Below, one piece after another: positions 57,803 to 64,000 of a DNA stretch of 64,000 nucleotides (its first letter is position 1; the number at the start of each line of letters is the position of its first letter). Made by a program: the position numbers and the translations under genes. The DNA lies in contig JACPGJ010000008.1 of assembly GCA_016182555.1 (NCBI GenBank), forward strand, positions 386,555 through 450,554. Direction: 5' to 3'. The notes beneath the pieces are model-generated. The model did no database searches, had not been told where the DNA came from, and worked only from the letters and a program-made list of their open reading frames with translations. The DNA is from Candidatus Kerfeldbacteria bacterium (lineage in GTDB: Bacteria; Patescibacteriota; Patescibacteriia; UBA9570; XYC2-FULL-38-9).

Positions 57803-59197
57803 ATGACACTACAACTGTTTAATACGATGTCGCGCCAAAAGGAAGTATTTACTCCCCTGGCTCCTCCGTCGGTTTCCTTATATACCTGTGGATTGACGGT
57901 CTATGATTATGCGCATATTGGTAATTTGCGTGCATTTATTTTTGAAGATGTGTTGCGGCGGGTATTCGTCGCCAATGGGTATACCGTAAAACATGTACAA
58001 AATATTACCGACGTGGGGCATTTAACCGATGATGGAGATAGTGGTGAAGACAAAATGGAGAAAGGCGCCGCGCGCGAAGGCAAAACCGCTTGGGATATTG
58101 CGAAATTTTTTACTGCCGCGTTTCGTGAAGACGCCGCGGCATTGCATATTGTATTACCCGCATTGATGCCCAAAGCCACTGAACATATTCCAGAGCAAAT
58201 TGCGTTAATTGAACAACTAGAAAAAAAAGATTTTACCTATCGTATTGATGACGGCATCTACTTTGACACCAGTAAATTAACAGATTACGGAAAATTAGCT
58301 CAACTGGATATTGCGGGCTTGCAAGAAGGTGCACGTGTAGAAAAAAATGTGCAGAAAAAAAACGCCACTGACTTTGCGCTGTGGAAATTTTCCCCGGCTG
58401 GTGTAAGACGCGATATGGAATGGAATTCACCGTGGGGCGTTGGCTTCCCTGGGTGGCACATTGAATGTTCAGCGATGGCGATGAAATATTTAGGTGAAAC
58501 GATTGATGTTCATGCAGGAGGAGTGGATCATATTGCTGTACATCATACGAATGAAATTGCGCAATCTGAGGCGGTAACGGGGAAACCGTTTGCGCGTGTT
58601 TGGATGCATGGCGAATTTTTGTTGGTCGACGGGCAAAAAATGAGCAAGTCGAAACAAAATTTTTATCGGGTCACGGATATTATTGAACACGGCTTTGACC
58701 CGCTCGCCTACCGATATTTGTTATTGGGTGCGCACTACCGTTCGAAATTAAACTTTACCTGGGCCGCATTGAAAGGCGCACAGCAAGCCTACGATAAATT
58801 GATCACCCTTTGTGCGGGGTGGGAAGAAGGTGGAAGTGTCCTGGAAGAGTTTCGCGTGCAGTTTTTGGCGGCACTGAACGATGATTTGAATACTCCCCAA
58901 GCACTAGCTGTGCTGTGGGAGATGGTGAAATCTTCTGCCGAACCAGCAGATAAAAAAACGACACTACTGGCAATGGATGAGCTACTCGGATTATCTTTGT
59001 TCTCCAAAGCCGAAGCACTGCGTACGCACCTGGCAGAACTGGGTGGCAAAATGGAAGTGCTTATACGTGAGCGTGAAGAAGCACGCGCGGAAAAAAATTA
59101 TGAACGAGCAGATGCGTTGCGCGCAGAAATTCTGCACATGGGTATTCAGGTAGAAGATAGCGCAGAAGGACCAATATTGAAATTGGCACGCGCATGA
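57803..59197 (+). CDS. cysS: Cysteine--tRNA ligase
   Basis: HIGH-class motif region (YTCGLTVYDYAHIGNLRA), Zn ligands, KMSKS. Confidence 0.9.
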   Translation: MTLQLFNTMSRQKEVFTPLAPPSVSLYTCGLTVYDYAHIGNLRAFIFEDVLRRVFVANGYTVKHVQNITDVGHLTDDGDSGEDKMEKGAAREGKTAWDIAKFFTAAFREDAAALHIVLPALMPKATEHIPEQIALIEQLEKKDFTYRIDDGIYFDTSKLTDYGKLAQLDIAGLQEGARVEKNVQKKNATDFALWKFSPAGVRRDMEWNSPWGVGFPGWHIECSAMAMKYLGETIDVHAGGVDHIAVHHTNEIAQSEAVTGKPFARVWMHGEFLLVDGQKMSKSKQNFYRVTDIIEHGFDPLAYRYLLLGAHYRSKLNFTWAALKGAQQAYDKLITLCAGWEEGGSVLEEFRVQFLAALNDDLNTPQALAVLWEMVKSSAEPADKKTTLLAMDELLGLSLFSKAEALRTHLAELGGKMEVLIREREEARAEKNYERADALRAEILHMGIQVEDSAEGPILKLARA

Positions 59198-60147
59198 AAA
59201 ACCCATGGGCTGATCTTCCAAAACCGTTGGTGTATTTAGCGCCAATGAGCGGTGTTACTAACCGTGCATACCGACAAATAGTGAAACAATTTCACTCCGA
59301 TGTATTGTTTCCCGAATTCGTTTCTATTGATGGCATGCATTTTGGTTCTGAAAAAACAAATGTCCTGTTAGAATATGATGAAATTGAACGTCCAATTATT
59401 GCGCAAGTATTTGGTGCACGGCCAGCATATTTTTTTGAAGCCGCGCAGAAGGTGGTGGAACTCGGTTTTGATGGCGTGGATATTAACTTTGGCTGCCCAG
59501 CACCAAAAGTGGCCAAAAACGGCGGTGGGTGTGCTTTGCTTGGTGACCTGGGTTTGTGTCGCGAAATTATTCAAGCCACACTCGATGGTGCAGCTGGGCG
59601 TATACCGGTTTCGGTAAAAACCCGAATGAGCTTTGGGAAAACCCATGTGCGGGAATTTTGCCGTGTGATTGCCGATTTACCACTAGCAAACTTGTGCGTA
59701 CATGGTCGTCCATTTGAAAAACCATATCTTGGTTCTGCAAACCTAGACCCCATTCGTGAAGCAAAAACCCTTATCCCCTTTCCGGTCACCGCTTCAGGAC
59801 ATGCACATACACCAGAAGCTGCAAAAGAAACACTAGACTATACCGGCTGTGATGGCGTGGCACTCGCTCGTGGTACATTTGGAAAACCTTGGATAGGTAA
59901 ACAAATTAAAGATTATTTGGAAACTGGAACATATACCGAACCAACCTTAAGCGAAAAACTCAATGTGATGTTAGAACATGCGCGCTTGGTAGAACGCTAC
60001 CACACCAATCGCCCATTTGTAGAAATTCGCAAAATTCTCGGTTGGTATGTACGCGATTTCCCAAATGCCGCAAACTATCGCTCACAATTAGTGCGCGTGA
60101 ATACGATACAAGAAATTGAACAGATTGTTACACAAATTCAAAAATAA
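59194..60147 (+). CDS. dus: tRNA-dihydrouridine synthase
   Basis: LAPMSGVTNRAYRQI and INFGCPAPKVAKNGGGCALL flavin/active-site motifs. Overlaps cysS stop by 4 nt. Confidence 0.85.
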   Translation: MKNPWADLPKPLVYLAPMSGVTNRAYRQIVKQFHSDVLFPEFVSIDGMHFGSEKTNVLLEYDEIERPIIAQVFGARPAYFFEAAQKVVELGFDGVDINFGCPAPKVAKNGGGCALLGDLGLCREIIQATLDGAAGRIPVSVKTRMSFGKTHVREFCRVIADLPLANLCVHGRPFEKPYLGSANLDPIREAKTLIPFPVTASGHAHTPEAAKETLDYTGCDGVALARGTFGKPWIGKQIKDYLETGTYTEPTLSEKLNVMLEHARLVERYHTNRPFVEIRKILGWYVRDFPNAANYRSQLVRVNTIQEIEQIVTQIQK

Positions 60148-60176
60148 TTCTCCAAATCTGCCCTTCGTATTTCTGT

Positions 60177-60986
60177 TTACTCGTCTTCTTTTTTGCTACG
60201 CCCAAAAAGCATCATCGCGAGAATAGGCGCAGCAATCCAAGCAAACGCTGGCCATTCATGCGTAAAAATAGTTTGTGTGAGTGGAGCGAACTTTTGCAGA
60301 ACCTGTGGAGGCAAAAACGACAAGGTAATCGAAATCATCAAACCGACATGCAGAATAGAAAAAATCATGGTTTGGTACCAGGTGCCATCGTTAGAATTTG
60401 CGCCGAGTGTACGGCGAAGCGCTGAACGTGAAATAAGAAAAAATAATATGACAAAAACAGTGATGAACGTGGTAATTTTAAATGCGTACTGACCATTAAG
60501 TGTGACATTCAGCACAAATGCTGGTAGCGCATGAACAACGGTAAGGGACATATAAATAGAAACGAGAATCACAATAATGCGGTCGCGCCCAAGTGAAAAC
60601 CCGTAAAGCAATGAAGCAACTACAAAAAAGAGGACAATGAACATATCCCAAGACGGGTTGCTGAAATTCAACTGGGAAAAAAATTGTTGCGTTTGCTCTT
60701 TTGTTTGAGTGATAGCGATTGGCTCGTTCGTGTTGGTAGTTTCTGTGTTCGTTGCGCTTAGGGTTTCTGTCGTGGCTGTTGTATCGATATGTACATTTGT
60801 TTCTGTGGAATTATCTGTTGCTGTGATATTGATATTGCTGTTGGTATTCGCATCAGCAGTTGTATTCGTATTATCTGTGTTTGTATCTGTGGAACCTTTT
60901 TCATCGTTATGAGTTACGCTAAGATCATCATATTTTTTCTTTGCAATCTGGGCAGTTGTGGTTAAAACAATATGCTCCTTCTCCAT
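60177..60986 (-). CDS. Membrane protein with Thr/Asn-rich low-complexity N-terminal region (CvpA-like 4-TM C-terminal half?)
   Basis: TDTNTDNTNTTADANTNSNINITATDNSTETN tract followed by four hydrophobic helices. Confidence 0.35.
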   Translation of the reverse strand: MEKEHIVLTTTAQIAKKKYDDLSVTHNDEKGSTDTNTDNTNTTADANTNSNINITATDNSTETNVHIDTTATTETLSATNTETTNTNEPIAITQTKEQTQQFFSQLNFSNPSWDMFIVLFFVVASLLYGFSLGRDRIIVILVSIYMSLTVVHALPAFVLNVTLNGQYAFKITTFITVFVILFFLISRSALRRTLGANSNDGTWYQTMIFSILHVGLMISITLSFLPPQVLQKFAPLTQTIFTHEWPAFAWIAAPILAMMLFGRSKKEDE

Positions 60987-61112
60987 ATAGAGTAATTATA
61001 CCACAACTATTGACTTTATTCAATAAAACTCTCTATTGGCGCTCTCCTCCTGGACTCTTTTTTATAGAAAGCGTATCTTGAAGAACATAGTTCATTTATT
61101 ACATAGCATGAT

Positions 61113-61538
61113 ATGCCACAACCTTCACCAAAAACAATCCCTTGGGACGAGTTACAAAAAGATTTAACCTTTATTTATCTTTACGTTGAAGGACAAAGTC
61201 CACAACAAGCGGCACGAACGGCGAAAGCATCGATGCAAGATTTACGTCGTTTTGTAGCCACTAATGAAATTACAAAAATCCACGGTACAATCACCCTGTA
61301 TGATCAGGAGCTGGGTGCGCTAGGGCGTTTATTTCCTACTCAAATGTGGGAAAAAATGAAACCCGCTATTCAACGCGCGTATACACAAGAAAATGGCAGT
61401 GTGGAAGAGATGCTCCTGGAAATTATTCTGCCGCAAACAAAAGAATGGAGTAGTGAAGCATTAAGAAGTGCAGCGAAGGAAGATATCGAAGCTACAGGGC
61501 GCGAATACAAGAAAACTTTTTATAGAGGCGCTCGATAA
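61113..61538 (+). CDS. Hypothetical protein (141 aa)
   Basis: ORF followed by putative terminator CCCAGC...GCTGGG-T-run (~61554-61610). Confidence 0.3.
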   Translation: MPQPSPKTIPWDELQKDLTFIYLYVEGQSPQQAARTAKASMQDLRRFVATNEITKIHGTITLYDQELGALGRLFPTQMWEKMKPAIQRAYTQENGSVEEMLLEIILPQTKEWSSEALRSAAKEDIEATGREYKKTFYRGAR

Positions 61539-61750
61539 CAGTATTCATGAATACCCCAGCTGTGCATAACTTGGCTGGACAGTATTTTGCGCTGGGTATA
61601 TATTTTTTTTGTTCTTGTATTCCAAAATAGAATTCACCTTCTTCCATTAGTTATTTTGTAGCATGAGGCGCTTCACGTGTTGAAGCGGCTATAGAAGCAG
61701 CCAGTGGTGGTAGCTGAACTCACTCAACCTGAAGCGGAAAGGAGATCGCC

Positions 61751-62140
61751 ATGCAACTCAGCATGAATGATCTCGTCAACGCCGTCGGGGACCGCTCCCA
61801 CGATGGCGACTTTTTGGCTATGCTCGTCTCTATTGGAATTCCGAATCCCAATGTTGACGAGCGTTTAACGCTGCTCACCGAATTCCGCGCAATTGCCCGC
61901 GAATTGCGCCAAGAACTTGGCGAGCGACAGCCGGCCCCGGGCTTTATCGGGGCGGTAACTATTTGGTTGACGACGGAAGACCGCCTCGCTCCAACATTGG
62001 GGCAGGCGTGGTCTATCGTTCGCGACGAGCTCCTTCAGCGTGCAGCGCAGATGGTGCGGTATGCTGAAGGCGACCTGCCTGTGTTGCCCCCGGCAGTGCA
62101 GGCGCTGCTAGACGCGCAAGCAGCACAAAAAAGCGCGTAA
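61751..62140 (+). CDS. GC-rich hypothetical protein (129 aa)
   Basis: RBS ggaaaggag. Markedly higher GC than surroundings. Followed by bidirectional terminator. Confidence 0.35.
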   Translation: MQLSMNDLVNAVGDRSHDGDFLAMLVSIGIPNPNVDERLTLLTEFRAIARELRQELGERQPAPGFIGAVTIWLTTEDRLAPTLGQAWSIVRDELLQRAAQMVRYAEGDLPVLPPAVQALLDAQAAQKSA

Positions 62141-62172
62141 AAAAACTGAGCCCGCACGAGGGCTCAAAAAAA
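62141..62172. terminator. Bidirectional intrinsic terminator (A-run / GAGCCC-gcacga-GGGCTC / A-run)
   Basis: Perfect 6-bp GC stem with poly-A/T on both sides. Confidence 0.5.
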
Positions 62173-62275
62173 GAGGAAACATGGGTAATCCGAAAAGCCC
62201 TGGCGAGCACGCGACCGTACAGCGTGCACGACAGGGCATCTTTTTTTACAAAAAATACCATCCGCCAATCTTTCA

Positions 62276-62304
62276 TTGACAATGAGAGATTTGTGTGCTA
62301 TATT
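62276..62304 (+). promoter_or_regulatory. Sigma-70-like promoter (TTGACA-17 nt-TATATT with TGc extended -10) for the AAA ATPase gene
   Basis: Consensus -35 and 5/6 -10 with 17-nt spacer, 33 nt upstream of the ATG at 62337. Confidence 0.45.
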
Positions 62305-62336
62305 TTCATTACTAATGAAAGAGCTATTTTACGTTT

Positions 62337-63608
62337 ATGAATACTGAAACACTAAAAGAAATCATCCTTGAACAAACAGAAGAATTACAACAAATGGACT
62401 CCCCGCTTATTGAGCGTGAGCAGTTTTCTTCTGTACTGAAAAATGCTCCCCTTCCGCATGTGGTCACCATTGCGGGTATACGGCGTTGTGGAAAGTCTAC
62501 CTTACTATTACAAACAATGAAACGCCTTCAGGCAAATAGTTATTATTGCAATTTTGAAGATGAACGTTTTGTGGATTTTACGGTGAATGATTTTAATACA
62601 CTCTATGAAGTGTTTGTGCAACTACACGGTGAACAGAATATATTCTTCTTTGATGAAATTCAAAATATTCCTGGCTGGGAACGCTTTGTTCGGCGCATGT
62701 ATAATAACGGGCACAAATTTTATGTCACTGGTTCCAATGCCGCATTACTCAGCAAAGAATTTAGCACAAAGCTCACTGGCAGACATGTCACTGTTCCGCT
62801 CTATCCATTTTCTTTTAACGAATTTCTCGATTTTCATAAACAAAAATGGTCAAAAAAAGATTTTCAATATACAAAACGTAGAGCTATACTTCTTGGTTTA
62901 TTTGAAAAATATATGGAAGAAGGTGGTATGCCAGAATATCTCAAATATCATAATACGAATGTCTTAACAGAGGTGTACAACGATATTTTGTACCGAGATA
63001 TTGTTGCGCGATATGAAATTAAAGAAGTGAAAGTATTGCGCGAATTAGCACTGTATTTGCTCAGCAACGTTGCAACGCAGTTTTCGTACAATGCATTAAA
63101 AAAGATGCTCCAATTGGGCAGCATGAATACCGTAAAAAGTTATATTGAATATTTAGAAAACAGTTTTTTATTTAGCACCGTAAATCAATTTGACTATTCG
63201 CTAAAAAAACAACAATTTGCTCCAAAAAAAATCTATTGTATTGATACCAGCTTTATCAATACCATTGCCTTTAAGCACTCTGAAAATGAGGGGCATATAC
63301 TCGAAAATATTGTCTATATGGCATTACGCCGAAACAAAGAAGATATTTTTTATTATCGTACCGAAAAAGGAAAAGAGGTAGATTTTTTGATTCGTAAAGG
63401 CACAAAACCGACACTCTTGATTCAAGTAGCGCTCAATCTTGCATCGGCAAAAACGAAAGAACGAGAACTTTCTGCTCTCATAGAAGCTATGGATGAATGG
63501 AAGATGAAAACCGGCTACATCCTCACTAAAAATACGACCGATACCATTAAACAAAATGGTAAAACTATTTACATTCTTCCAGTGTATCAATGGTTATTAT
63601 CTCTGTAA
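62337..63608 (+). CDS. AAA-family ATPase with DUF4143-like C-terminal domain
   Basis: Walker A IAGIRRCGKSTLLLQ, Walker B-like FFFDEIQNIPGW. This architecture is common in the AAA_14 + DUF4143 family. Confidence 0.65.
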   Translation: MNTETLKEIILEQTEELQQMDSPLIEREQFSSVLKNAPLPHVVTIAGIRRCGKSTLLLQTMKRLQANSYYCNFEDERFVDFTVNDFNTLYEVFVQLHGEQNIFFFDEIQNIPGWERFVRRMYNNGHKFYVTGSNAALLSKEFSTKLTGRHVTVPLYPFSFNEFLDFHKQKWSKKDFQYTKRRAILLGLFEKYMEEGGMPEYLKYHNTNVLTEVYNDILYRDIVARYEIKEVKVLRELALYLLSNVATQFSYNALKKMLQLGSMNTVKSYIEYLENSFLFSTVNQFDYSLKKQQFAPKKIYCIDTSFINTIAFKHSENEGHILENIVYMALRRNKEDIFYYRTEKGKEVDFLIRKGTKPTLLIQVALNLASAKTKERELSALIEAMDEWKMKTGYILTKNTTDTIKQNGKTIYILPVYQWLLSL

Positions 63609-63644
63609 TCATCTCATTTGCGTCAGTACACTGAAGCGAACAAT

Positions 63645-64000
63645 CTAATTTCCTTCAATGTCCGCTAATTCTTTGAGTATTTTTTTATAATGGCGGTCAA
63701 TATGTTGCGGCACGGCAACGTTCACTTTCAAAATATGGTCACCCCGGCCGCTCGCATTCAACCGCTGCACACCCTTTCCACGCAAACGCATAGCTGTTCC
63801 AGATGTGGTTCCCGTCGGAATTTTCACTACTAAATCACCATCAAGCGTGGGCACCGTTATTTTTCCACCCAACACCATGGTGCTATATGGCACTTCGGCT
63901 TCTGAAAGAACATCATCGCCTTCACGCACAAAATCGCGGCTCGGGCGAACGTGCACCGTGACATATAAATCCCCTGCCTGGCCACCATGCTGCGCTGCTT
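63645..64000 (-). CDS. dnaJ: Chaperone DnaJ, C-terminal domain (N-terminus beyond window)
   Basis: GKITVPTLDGDLVVKIPTGTTSGTAMRLRGKGV...GDHILKVNVAVP matches DnaJ CTD II. The frame continues to the window end. Confidence 0.7.
   Translation of the reverse strand, partial: AAQHGGQAGDLYVTVHVRPSRDFVREGDDVLSEAEVPYSTMVLGGKITVPTLDGDLVVKIPTGTTSGTAMRLRGKGVQRLNASGRGDHILKVNVAVPQHIDRHYKKILKELADIEGN

Overview
This is an AT-rich bacterial window (roughly 35-40% GC by eye, with three short GC-rich islands). It encodes many large secreted or surface proteins, a reduced Rel enzyme and an intron-containing tRNA. That gene content fits a small-genome, possibly CPR/Patescibacteria-like monoderm, though no lineage marker was identified. 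Housekeeping genes include topA (partial), rel, parAB, maf, hup, dnaX, cysS, dus, dnaJ (partial), tRNA-Leu and tRNA-Gln. A tRNA-fMet gene is interrupted by a ~300-nt group I intron. A heliorhodopsin gene sits between two TrmB-family regulator paralogs. An operator-flanked copper-homeostasis island spans 33.7-43.0 kb and carries unusual domain fusions. A decayed integrative element (helicase, IS and recombinase remnants, a frameshifted paralog) lies next to tRNA-Gln. The most striking feature is a pair of modular giant surface-protein paralogs of 1559 and 1433 aa. They share an N-terminal two-TM leader, an FN3-like domain and a ~300-aa C-terminal Ig-like plus lysine-rich tail. One of them sits directly downstream of a membrane-anchored VirB4-like ATPase and a proline-rich membrane protein. 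This looks like a minimal, undescribed secretion/display module. No CRISPR array or rRNA was seen.
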